IMG/VR virus record: IMGVR_UViG_3300033475_000015
From: a virus
Reading direction: 5' to 3' (one strand)
Length of the DNA stretch: 64,000 nucleotides
A model generated the notes under the pieces. That model was not told the origin of the DNA. It was given only the letters and a program-made list of their open reading frames with translations, and ran no database searches. Position numbers and translations under genes: made by a program. Each line of letters opens with the position of its first letter. Position 1 is the first letter of the stretch. Shown here piece after piece: positions 1 through 7,808 of the stretch.

Positions 1-166
1 CGGCGGCGTGGTTCAGGCCCTTGCAATAGGCGTTGACCACGGCGTCGGCCAGGTCGCTGGCGGCCGACTCCAGCTCGTCGTAGATGTTGTGGTCCTCGGA
101 GTGGCGCGCCGACCGCATCGTCGCGAGGATCTCGCCGAGCCGCTCGGCGCTGATGTTGAGCTCCAT
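1..166 (-). CDS. Hypothetical protein, partial (runs off the left edge)
   Basis: ATG at 166 after RBS ACCGGAGGT and the repeated leftward promoter; MELNISAERLGEILAT...; open to position 1. Confidence 0.7.
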   Translation of the reverse strand, partial: MELNISAERLGEILATMRSARHSEDHNIYDELESAASDLADAVVNAYCKGLNHAA

Positions 167-210
167 TGTCCGACCTCCGGTGTCCGGGGCGGCGGAGCCG
201 CCCTCTGAAA

Positions 211-242
211 ACCAGTCAACCATACACTTGACCCCCTGTCAA
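211..242 (-). promoter_or_regulatory. Leftward promoter TTGACA-N17-TTGACT with TTGAC-N5-GTCAA palindrome (228-242)
   Basis: Same architecture recurs at 856-870, 10389-10403, 11070-11084, 12765-12779, 14091-14105, 16266-16280. Confidence 0.65.
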
Positions 243-277
243 GTTTGACAGGGGGTCGGCGTGACTCGCGGAGCGCG

Positions 278-790
278 TCACGCCAGGTCGGCCCACTGGT
301 TCAGGAACGCGGCGGCGGCGTCGCGGTCGTACTCCTGGACGGCCCGGTCGATCGAGTCGGTGTGCTTGGTGCCGCTGGCCAGCAGCCGACGGCACTCGCG
401 CACGGCCACCTCCAGCATCCGCAGCAGCTGGGTGTCGTCAGCCTCGTCGGCCATCAGCTGGTAGATCTTCAGGTCTGCCTGGGACCGCAGCAGCGAGGCC
501 AACTGGCTGACGGTCAGGCCCAGGCCCTCGGCCAGCTTACCGGCCAGCAGGGTGTTGACCTCCTCGTTGTTGGTGACCACCCGGCGGGCGGTCCGGCGAA
601 CCGAGTGGGCCAGGAACTCGCGGTTGCGGGCGGTCTCCGCTTCCCGGGCGGACTTGCGGTCCATGGCGTCGGTGACCGCGTCGGCCAGGCTCTGCAGCAG
701 GGCGGCCGACTCCTGGTCGTTGGCGTCGCCGCTGGCGGACGACAGGACGCTGGCGAGCTGCTGGGCCAGTTCGGGGGTGAGCTCGATCAT
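278..790 (-). CDS. Hypothetical helical protein
   Basis: ATG at 790 after RBS ACCGGAGGTC; MIELTPELAQQLASVL... Confidence 0.75.
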   Translation of the reverse strand: MIELTPELAQQLASVLSSASGDANDQESAALLQSLADAVTDAMDRKSAREAETARNREFLAHSVRRTARRVVTNNEEVNTLLAGKLAEGLGLTVSQLASLLRSQADLKIYQLMADEADDTQLLRMLEVAVRECRRLLASGTKHTDSIDRAVQEYDRDAAAAFLNQWADLA

Positions 791-841
791 CTTGACCTCC
801 GGTCGCTGGGAGCGACCGGGCTGGTCGCTCTCACAGGGAAA

Positions 842-870
842 GTCAACCACAGGGGTTGTCCATACGTCAA
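842..870 (-). promoter_or_regulatory. Leftward promoter TTGACG-N18-TTGACT with imperfect operator TTGTC-N5-GTCAA
   Basis: Matches the repeated cassette promoter; followed by a 5' hairpin and RBS. Confidence 0.55.
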
Positions 871-877
871 GTTCGAT

Positions 878-1084
878 GTTGGCCGGGGAGTCCCAGTATG
901 GTGCGGCAAAGCCGCCCCGTGCTACGGTGGTATCACCGCCCGGAGCGGCGGCCCCCACCAGGGGCGACAGCCGGGGAAGGTCCGAGCGGAAGTGCCGCCG
1001 GAGTCGAGACGCAGAGTTGGGTTAGCTACCTGCGTCGAGCTTCGACAGGCACGCGCGGCGGCGTCGGGAGACGCCCCGCCCAAC
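878..1084 (+). ncRNA. Candidate structured ncRNA abutting the tRNA-Met gene
   Basis: Closing helix GTTGGCCGGGG/CCCCGCCCAAC; nested helices GTGCC/GGCAC, GTCGA/TCGAC, GACGCAG/CTGCGTC; hairpin GCGTC-GGGA-GACGC; no credible ORF. Confidence 0.4.
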
Positions 1085-1158
1085 GCGCGATAGAGCAGCT
1101 CGGTCAGCTCGCCAGCCTCATAAGCTGGAGGTCGAGGGTTCGAATCCCTCTCGCGCTA
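1084..1158 (+). tRNA. tRNA-Met(CAT), initiator-like body
   Basis: Full cloverleaf: acceptor CGCGCGA/TCGCGCT (C1:U72), D arm GAGC/GCTC, anticodon arm CCAGC-CTCATAA-GCTGG, T loop TTCGAAT; CCA not encoded. Confidence 0.9.
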
Positions 1159-1316
1159 CGACCAACCGTGGGGCGAACACGTATCGCCCGTCGACGTGGA
1201 GCGGGCCGCAGTGTCGGCTGTGGCCCCCAGATCGACGGACCGACGCGTTCCACCCTGTTCGCTGGTCGACGTGTGGGGCCTGGCCGGTTCGGACGGCGGG
1301 CCGGGCCCACACACAC

Positions 1317-1415
1317 GGGTCGATAGCTCAAATGGTAGAGCCGCGTAGTGGCGCGCCTGGTGACCTCCGGAAGCGAGCCTGCACGCGTGTGGTGGTTCGA
1401 TCCCACCTCGACCCC
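1317..1415 (+). ncRNA. tRNA-like RNA with ~36 nt in place of the anticodon loop
   Basis: Acceptor GGGTCGA/TCGACCC, D arm GCTC-AAATGGTA-GAGC, T arm GGTGG-TTCGATC-CCACC; stem CGCGT/ACGCG encloses 1347-1382. Confidence 0.7.
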
Positions 1416-1567
1416 CGGCGCACGTGGACGGATGTCCGCGCGCCCGGCTGCCCCCGAGACTGGGGGCCGGGTCTGTCACAACCCGGCACACCTAAATCGG
1501 CCAGCCGTCGACGGCCCGAGGTTGTGGTCCAACCAGCCTCGGGCCGCCGTGTCGGCACAGCCGACGC

Positions 1568-1640
1568 GGGGGCGTAGCTTAAAGGTGAAAGCAGCTGTCT
1601 TATACACAGCCGAGTATGGGTTCAAGTCCCGTCGCCCCTA
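1568..1640 (+). tRNA. tRNA-Ile(TAT)
   Basis: Acceptor GGGGGCG/CGCCCCT, D arm GCTT/AAGC, anticodon arm GCTGT-CTTATAC-ACAGC, T loop TTCAAGT. Confidence 0.88.
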
Positions 1641-1703
1641 CCCCGTGTATGTCAACGATTTAAAGGTTGACACGAAGACAATAGCCGTGCAAGAATTTGG
1701 GTC

Positions 1704-2285
1704 ATGCAAACCGACATAGAGACGCTGGTGTGCCGCGCACAGGATGGGGACGCGGAGGCGTTCGGACGGGTGTACGCGGCCACAAGAGGACTGGTCCGGG
1801 GCCGGATAGCGATCAAGCTGCGCCGGGCCACGGGAAGGGCCCCGGAAGACCTTGTGGAAGACCTGGCCGCCGACGTGTTCGTCAGCGCGTGGCGGTCCTT
1901 GGGTCGGTACAGCAACCGGGGCGCCAAGTTCGAGGCGTGGCTGACCACGATCGCCAACAACCGGGTGCTGGACCACCTCAAGTCGCACCGCACCCGGTTC
2001 GAGTTCCTGGTGCCCGAGAACGAGGACGGCGAGATCGAGCTCGATCAGCCCGCACCGGAGGTCCACCAGCCGGACAGCCGGGCCGTGGCCAAGGACGAGT
2101 GGGCCCGCGCCCTGGCAGTCCTGGGCCAGCTGACTCCGACCCAGCGCGAGGTGCTGCTGCGCCGGTACTACCTGGACCAGCCGGTCGAGGACGTGGCGAC
2201 CGCCCTGGGCGTCAAGCCCGAGTCTATAAAGTCCATGAGCCTGCGCGGTGTGAAGTCCGCCCGGCGCCTGCTCGACAACGCCTGA
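1704..2285 (+). CDS. ECF-type sigma-70 family RNA polymerase sigma factor
   Basis: Region 2 (DVFVSAWRSL...FEAWLTTIANNRVLDHLK) and region 4 (LTPTQREVLLRRYY...VEDVATALGV...SIKS). Confidence 0.88.
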   Translation: MQTDIETLVCRAQDGDAEAFGRVYAATRGLVRGRIAIKLRRATGRAPEDLVEDLAADVFVSAWRSLGRYSNRGAKFEAWLTTIANNRVLDHLKSHRTRFEFLVPENEDGEIELDQPAPEVHQPDSRAVAKDEWARALAVLGQLTPTQREVLLRRYYLDQPVEDVATALGVKPESIKSMSLRGVKSARRLLDNA

Positions 2286-2335
2286 CCCTGTCCGCCCAGT
2301 AGCCCCGTCCGACCGCCGGGGCTACACTGTTGTCT

Positions 2336-2641
2336 ATGGACACTGCCGAATCCAGCGCGTACACCGACTATCTCGGCTCGATGAACCCGGGTGGCTGGTA
2401 CGAGCGCCAGCCGGGTACGCACCCGGCCGACGGCTCGCAGGGCGTACCGGGTCTGGCCGCCCTTCCTGCGGAAGGAACGGCTGTGCGGCACGCCCGGTCG
2501 GGGGAGGGTGGTGTGGTCACGGGGTACGCGGCCAATGCCCACACGGGCGAGAGGCTGCCGACCGTGCGCTGGCAGGGCCAGCCCGCCGCTGGTTTCACCA
2601 GCGACCAGGGATACTCGCTCGATTCGCTCACCAACCCGTGA
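2336..2641 (+). CDS. Hypothetical protein, likely leaderless
   Basis: ORF; TACACT -10-like box 7 nt before ATG. Confidence 0.6.
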   Translation: MDTAESSAYTDYLGSMNPGGWYERQPGTHPADGSQGVPGLAALPAEGTAVRHARSGEGGVVTGYAANAHTGERLPTVRWQGQPAAGFTSDQGYSLDSLTNP

Positions 2642-2677
2642 CCGTGGCGGGGCCACGGTCGACGTCAGGAGTTCAAC

Positions 2678-2851
2678 ATGGTTGTGTTCTGCTATTGGGT
2701 CGCCGTGGTCAGCTTCTTCGTCGCCCTGGTGCTGTGCCTGGTCGCGCCCGCGCCGCAACCGCCCCGCTGGCACTGGGCGACGTTCGTGTGCTTGGGGCTG
2801 CTTGCCTGGGCCGTGGCGGTGGCGGCCAGCGCAAGCCACCTGGTATCGTAG
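2678..2851 (+). CDS. Small two-TM membrane protein (57 aa, below ORF-track cut-off)
   Basis: AGGAG RBS; MVVFCYWVAVVSFFVALVLCLV...WATFVCLGLLAWAVAVAAS. Confidence 0.65.
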   Translation: MVVFCYWVAVVSFFVALVLCLVAPAPQPPRWHWATFVCLGLLAWAVAVAASASHLVS

Positions 2852-3145
2852 CCACACATGCGGCAGGGACCGCCCTTGATGTGACAGCCAGACCGGGCGG
2901 GTGGGATTTGTCACCCAACCCGCTGCCGCCCTGGGCGGACCGAACCGAACGTACGGCGTAAGTAGGACGTCCAGGTTTTGAGGGCGACAGGCCGTGCGCT
3001 GGCCTAAGGTAGAGCGCCGTCGGATGAGATCCGCCGACGGTTGCCGGGAAGCCGCGCCCGGGGTAGGCCCCGGGTGAAGCCAGCGCGCGGCCTGCCGCAT
3101 ACTTGTCGGCTGCGCCGCCCTCGACCAGCGTGTTAACCTGGCGGC

Positions 3146-3379
3146 ATGACTATTGCCCACCCCTCTCCGCCTGAGCCGGGGCGTGTACCTACCTACCCGT
3201 GGGCCGAGTGGCTCAACGGCAGGGAATGGACGCTGACGCGGGGGCGCGACTACTGGGATGAAAACAAGATCATGGCCCGCCGGATCCGTGGCGCGGCCAA
3301 CAACCTGCGGATCCCGGTCGTCATCGACGACTCGGACTCCCGATTCCTGCGCGTGAAGGCGATGCCGCGTGGCGACTGA
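3146..3379 (+). CDS. Hypothetical protein (leaderless)
   Basis: TGTTAACCT extended -10 six nt before ATG; overlaps next gene. Confidence 0.7.
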   Translation: MTIAHPSPPEPGRVPTYPWAEWLNGREWTLTRGRDYWDENKIMARRIRGAANNLRIPVVIDDSDSRFLRVKAMPRGD

Positions 3380-3884
3380 TGACCCGGAGTTCAACCGGGC
3401 CGCCCTTGCCCGACGCGAGCGGGAGAAGGACGAGAACCGCCGTCTGACGCTGCAGGCCCTGGAGCTGCGCAAGAACGGCATGTCGTTCCGCGAGATCGCC
3501 GAGATCCAGCACTGCAACCCCCAGACCGCCGCCCGCCGGTATCGCAAGGGGTGCAAGCAGTACCTGCCGCAGGAGCTGGTGGAGTCGGCCCGAGCCACCG
3601 AGCTCGACCGGTTCGACGCCCTGACCCAGATCAACATCTCGTTGATCGCCGAGGCGTACAAGGCCCGCGACATCGACACGCTGCTGAAGCTCGAAGACCG
3701 CACGCTGGCGATCCACGACCGACGCAAGAAGTTGATCCCGATGGAGGTCCCGACCACCATCAAGCTGGACCAGACGATCGAGACGGTTACCGACCAGGAC
3801 AGGGAGCTGGCCGCGTTCCTGGACCAGCACGAGGCCGAGGTGGAAGCGGAGATCCGCCGGATCCGAGAGACTGCCGCGCCATGA
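3369..3884 (+). CDS. HTH protein, probable terminase small subunit
   Basis: ALELRKNGMSFREIAEIQHCNPQTAARRY HTH plus helical body; upstream of terL. Confidence 0.55.
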   Translation: MATDDPEFNRAALARREREKDENRRLTLQALELRKNGMSFREIAEIQHCNPQTAARRYRKGCKQYLPQELVESARATELDRFDALTQINISLIAEAYKARDIDTLLKLEDRTLAIHDRRKKLIPMEVPTTIKLDQTIETVTDQDRELAAFLDQHEAEVEAEIRRIRETAAP

Positions 3885-4336
3885 CCGCCTCCCGATTCGA
3901 CCGGTACTACGGTCCGGCCATCTTCGGTGCCTTTGACGGCGTGGTCACCGTGCTGGGCGCCGTGTTCAGTCTGACCCACGACAGACACGCGCTGATCCTG
4001 TCCGGCGTCGGCCTGGCCGCCTCGGGCGCCGTGTCGATGGGCGCGGGTGAGTACCTGTCCGACAGCGACGCCGGGCTGGGCGCCAGCGCCGTCATCGGCC
4101 TGACCACCGGAGCGGGCACGCTGCTGCCCGTCGTGCCGTACATGGCGGACATGCCGCTGGCCACCTTCACCTCGATCACGCTGTGCCTGTTCGTCGCCGT
4201 CGGGATCAGCTGGGTCAAGTCCCGGACCGACCGGGGCACAACGCTGTTGCGCGCCGCTGCCCAGACGCTGGGCATTCTCGGGTTGGCCACCGCGTTCATC
4301 CTGCTATGCGCGTGGGCAACCGGTGCGGTAGGGTGA
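3881..4336 (+). CDS. VIT1/CCC1-family membrane protein (short)
   Basis: AIFGAFDGVVT...GAVSMGAGEYLS signature; several TM helices. Confidence 0.75.
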   Translation: MTASRFDRYYGPAIFGAFDGVVTVLGAVFSLTHDRHALILSGVGLAASGAVSMGAGEYLSDSDAGLGASAVIGLTTGAGTLLPVVPYMADMPLATFTSITLCLFVAVGISWVKSRTDRGTTLLRAAAQTLGILGLATAFILLCAWATGAVG

Positions 4337-4340
4337 CCGG

Positions 4341-4628
4341 GTGTCTGGAGAGATCGATAGCCGAGCAGCCAACGAATTTCTGACCAACGCGGTCGACGCC
4401 TACATCGAGCAGATGGGCTGGAAGGTCGAGGACATGGCGCTGACCGACGTCATGGCCGTGTTCGTCCGGCGCGGCTGGGCGCCGGACGGCGGAAAGACCC
4501 TGATAAACGCCGTGTGCGTGACCGACACCAGCGCCATCATGGCTCTGGGCATGGTCAAGTTCGCCGAGCTCAAATTCGACTCCATCGCCCGCCAGGGGTT
4601 CGAGGCACCCGCCGACGAGGAGGACTGA
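4341..4628 (+). CDS. Hypothetical protein
   Basis: ORF in tightly packed rightward run. Confidence 0.6.
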   Translation: MSGEIDSRAANEFLTNAVDAYIEQMGWKVEDMALTDVMAVFVRRGWAPDGGKTLINAVCVTDTSAIMALGMVKFAELKFDSIARQGFEAPADEED

Positions 4629-4629
4629 A

Positions 4630-5034
4630 GTGCAACAGGCCAACCCGACAACTCCGGCGCATGCGGGGGCGGGGGTGGTGTCCCCGCTGTGGCGACGCGA
4701 CCCGGTACACGGCTGGGAGATGGTCGAGCATTCGCTCGCCAGCCCGTCCCCGACCGGAGAGGTCGCCTACTTCTTCGACGTCCTGTCGCCGCATACGCTG
4801 CCCGTCGATGCCGAGGACGGGCCGCCCATCACGTTCAACAGTCTGATCGGCCGGGCCGCCATGCACTACCTGATGGCCAGCGCCATGGGCCGCAGACTTG
4901 AGATCTCCGACGGCCCGTATCTTCAGGTCCTCGAAGACGATGGGGCCGTACCCCCGGGCTGGGTCGTGCTCAGGGCGGTCTTGTGGGCCGACGAATTTGA
5001 CCTCGTGGTGCCGACCGAGGAGGCGACGCTGTGA
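4630..5034 (+). CDS. Hypothetical protein
   Basis: ORF in tightly packed run. Confidence 0.6.
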   Translation: MQQANPTTPAHAGAGVVSPLWRRDPVHGWEMVEHSLASPSPTGEVAYFFDVLSPHTLPVDAEDGPPITFNSLIGRAAMHYLMASAMGRRLEISDGPYLQVLEDDGAVPPGWVVLRAVLWADEFDLVVPTEEATL

Positions 5035-5267
5035 CCGGCCGAGTGGTTACCGCTCCGGCCGCGCACCTGGTGGGCGTGCGGGCAGCTGACGGCGGTTTGC
5101 TGGTCGGGCACACCGCCTGCTCCGGCCCGTGGGTGTTCGTGCCCAACATGCCGGGACAGGACCACGCGCTGGCCATCGACATCGCTCAGGCGATCATCGC
5201 CCACCAGTGCCCGCCCGGCGAGGGCGACCACGGCCAGGAGGCTGAGCGGGCGGGGGTGGTGTCGTGA
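5031..5267 (+). CDS. Hypothetical protein
   Basis: GTGA-coupled to neighbours. Confidence 0.55.
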   Translation: MTGRVVTAPAAHLVGVRAADGGLLVGHTACSGPWVFVPNMPGQDHALAIDIAQAIIAHQCPPGEGDHGQEAERAGVVS

Positions 5268-5545
5268 AGCAGCGTGCGGGAGACCAGCCGTTGCCCGTCG
5301 TGAACGACGGGCCGTGCATTCAGGACCTGGTGACAGCCGACGTCGAGCAGCGCAAGCAGGTCGGGATCGAGCGGTACGGCACGCCGCTGCAACCGTTCAA
5401 CGGCCGGGACGCGCTGCAGGACGCGTACGAAGAGGCTCTCGATCTGGCGACGTATCTCAAGCAGATGATCGTGGAGCGGGACAAGGTGCGGGCCGTGGTC
5501 AACCACCCGGCGGCCCTGGCGAAACGGCTGCGCGACAGTGCCTGA
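5264..5545 (+). CDS. Conserved phage protein, possible MazG-like nucleotide pyrophosphohydrolase fold
   Basis: GIERYGTPLQPFNGRDALQDAYEEALDLATYL with EExxD. Confidence 0.5.
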   Translation: MKQRAGDQPLPVVNDGPCIQDLVTADVEQRKQVGIERYGTPLQPFNGRDALQDAYEEALDLATYLKQMIVERDKVRAVVNHPAALAKRLRDSA

Positions 5546-5753
5546 ATATGAGTCCCTGGAGGACCAGCACGAGGACGAGGGAGTCTACGCGTGCGAGGGA
5601 CTGAAGGCGGGCGAGGGCTGCATCAGCGGCAGCATTTACGGGTACTGCGGCAACTCGAACTGCGACGGGGTGTGCCTCGACGCGTTCGGGTACTGTCCGT
5701 GCCGCTGTCATGTCGGTAACGGACTTCCTCCTGAGCCGAAGGTAAAGCCATGA
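5538..5753 (+). CDS. Small Cys-rich protein
   Basis: 8 Cys in 71 aa; coupled to neighbours. Confidence 0.55.
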   Translation: MPEYESLEDQHEDEGVYACEGLKAGEGCISGSIYGYCGNSNCDGVCLDAFGYCPCRCHVGNGLPPEPKVKP

Positions 5754-6001
5754 CCGAACCTCCCGCCCTTGACCCCGACCTGCTGACGATGCGCCGGGCC
5801 GTGGCCCAGGTTGTGCAGCTCAACGACCCGCTGATCTGGGAGACTCTCGGGCTGCCGCTGGCGCAGACACTGGCCCAGATGGAGGGCTCGCTTCTGTCCG
5901 GCCAGCCCGTAGAGATCCCCGAGGCGCAGCGGTACGTGGCCGAGAACATCGACGCCGCTATCGTCTCGTTCCGCCTGATCAAGGAGTTGCACAGTGCCTG
6001 A
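5750..6001 (+). CDS. Hypothetical protein
   Basis: ATGA-coupled ORF. Confidence 0.6.
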   Translation: MTEPPALDPDLLTMRRAVAQVVQLNDPLIWETLGLPLAQTLAQMEGSLLSGQPVEIPEAQRYVAENIDAAIVSFRLIKELHSA

Positions 6002-6461
6002 CCAACGTCTTGACGGCACCCGGGTGACCACCCTGGTGCGTCAGAAGTTTGCTGCCATCAACCACGTAACAGCCGACATGCTGGACGGTGCTGGGGTAGA
6101 CATCATCGAGGACATGATGTCCGACCAGTTCGTGGCCCGGCTGTCCACGGACGTCTACGGCGAGAAGCTGGTCCCGCACGAGGCCAGCCGGACCGTCGAG
6201 TTCCCGACGACCTGGTGGCAGATGTTCCGGCGAGAGCACGCGGGGGCGTGGTGGATGCGCTGGCACGTCAAGCGCTGGCCGCTGCGGCTGGAGCAGGTCG
6301 TCTTGACGGCCGTCTGGGACAACTATGTGCTGTACCCGTGGGCCGACCTGCGCGGATTCGTTCCGCCGACTCTCGGCAACCCGGTTCGCCAGATCATGCC
6401 ACCCGTGATCCGGGTCGAGATGCCGACCTCGTTCTACCGACCGGACAGCCAGTGGCAGTGA
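5994..6461 (+). CDS. Hypothetical protein
   Basis: ORF with AGGAG RBS. Confidence 0.65.
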   Translation: MPDQRLDGTRVTTLVRQKFAAINHVTADMLDGAGVDIIEDMMSDQFVARLSTDVYGEKLVPHEASRTVEFPTTWWQMFRREHAGAWWMRWHVKRWPLRLEQVVLTAVWDNYVLYPWADLRGFVPPTLGNPVRQIMPPVIRVEMPTSFYRPDSQWQ

Positions 6462-6814
6462 CCGAACCGCGCGACTGGTACACCGCCGGTAAGCTGCTGT
6501 GGGCCCTCGGACAGGAACGTGAAGTTCCCGACAAGATCCTGATCCACCCGGCCGACCGGCACCGGCTGCTGCAGCGAATCCGCCCTCACGAGACCGGCTG
6601 GGACGGACAGTCCGTGTTCGGCGTGCCGCTGGAGACCCAGCTGGAGCGTCCCGAGCACGTTGCCGAGCTGGTGTTGCCCGGCCACCGCTGGGTGCCCGTG
6701 ATCTTCGACCCGATCGACTTCCCGGAGCCCATTCCCCTCAAGGTGTTTCCGGACGGCAGGGCCCTGGCCGAGTGGCGCAGTCGGCACGTGCTCACCTGGT
6801 CGGGCACCTACTGA
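6458..6814 (+). CDS. Hypothetical protein
   Basis: GTGA-coupled start, VTEPRDWY... Confidence 0.6.
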   Translation: MTEPRDWYTAGKLLWALGQEREVPDKILIHPADRHRLLQRIRPHETGWDGQSVFGVPLETQLERPEHVAELVLPGHRWVPVIFDPIDFPEPIPLKVFPDGRALAEWRSRHVLTWSGTY

Positions 6815-7119
6815 TGTGGCCGTTCCGGCGCCGGGGGCGGGTGGTGCTGGTCGAGCCGGACCCGGCCATGGCCGAATTCAACCGGGACGACTGGCGGGTC
6901 AGCCTGTTCAACTGCGAGGTCTACGTACCGAACGGCGTCGGACTGTGGGATCAGGCGGTATTCAGGCACGCGGGCGGGTTCTGCTCCGAGCCGATGTGGT
7001 ACGACGAGGTGGCCCGTCGCGAGGACCTGGGCACGCTGTGGCCGCACCTGGAGTCGCAGCGTCAGCTGGCCGAGGCACGGTGGCGTCACGCCAAACGCCG
7101 CGCTAAACTGATCCCGTGA
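6814..7119 (+). CDS. Hypothetical protein
   Basis: TGATG-coupled start, MWPFRRRG... Confidence 0.6.
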   Translation: MWPFRRRGRVVLVEPDPAMAEFNRDDWRVSLFNCEVYVPNGVGLWDQAVFRHAGGFCSEPMWYDEVARREDLGTLWPHLESQRQLAEARWRHAKRRAKLIP

Positions 7120-7598
7120 GTGCGCGTCGACCTGTGGGGTCCGCCGACGGTGTGGGTGGGAGCAATTCGAACGCTCCCACCCGCGACCGCATGTCCAAGG
7201 GCTGGCCGATGGACGTAGGCTCGTCCGGCCCGCCGTCCGCGCCCGCCGGTATCAACGCCCGAAGCTCGGGCAACCCGACCACGGTGCGTCCCGCCAGCGC
7301 GCTGGACTACCAGGCGTACGCGCAGACCCCGACTCAGCACGTTGTTGTCCACAACAACACACCCGTGGGCTACGTGCACCAGTACACCGACCCCGGCCAC
7401 GGCCCATTGTGGGCGGCCACGCTGGCCGACCACGTCCACGCGCTGAACACCCACCGGCCCAAGACCCAGCCCGGTTTCGTCGAGCCGACCGACGCCGCCC
7501 AGCACATCGCCGACGCGCACCGGGACGTGGCCCAGATCGAGAACGTCGGCAGCTGGCGCCCGGTCCTGGGCGCCGGGCCGAACATGCCAGGGCACTGA
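7116..7598 (+). CDS. Hypothetical protein (start uncertain)
   Basis: ORF in run. Confidence 0.55.
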   Translation: MSARRPVGSADGVGGSNSNAPTRDRMSKGWPMDVGSSGPPSAPAGINARSSGNPTTVRPASALDYQAYAQTPTQHVVVHNNTPVGYVHQYTDPGHGPLWAATLADHVHALNTHRPKTQPGFVEPTDAAQHIADAHRDVAQIENVGSWRPVLGAGPNMPGH

Positions 7599-7615
7599 GG
7601 GCAGGGGTGGTGTAG

Positions 7616-7804
7616 GTGGCCGAGGACAAGAAGGACCACGGCGGAAAGTCGCCCGGACCGATGCACAGCAAGGCCCAGTGGCGATTCTTGATGGCGACGC
7701 ACAAGACGTTTGCTCACAGGTGGGCCCACCAGGTCGAGGCCGAAAAGGGTAAGGTTACCGGATACCGCAGCCTGCCCGACCGCAAGGGCGTCAGAAAGAG
7801 GTGA
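7616..7804 (+). CDS. Small basic phage protein
   Basis: SKAQWRFLMATHKTFAHRWAH. Confidence 0.6.
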   Translation: MAEDKKDHGGKSPGPMHSKAQWRFLMATHKTFAHRWAHQVEAEKGKVTGYRSLPDRKGVRKR

Positions 7805-7808
7805 GTCT

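Noticed and set aside
970-1000. RNase P RNA or SRP RNA identity for the 878-1084 element
   Set aside because: Only one short word resembles each; no CR-V/P4 partner inside the domain and the tetraloop is not GNRA
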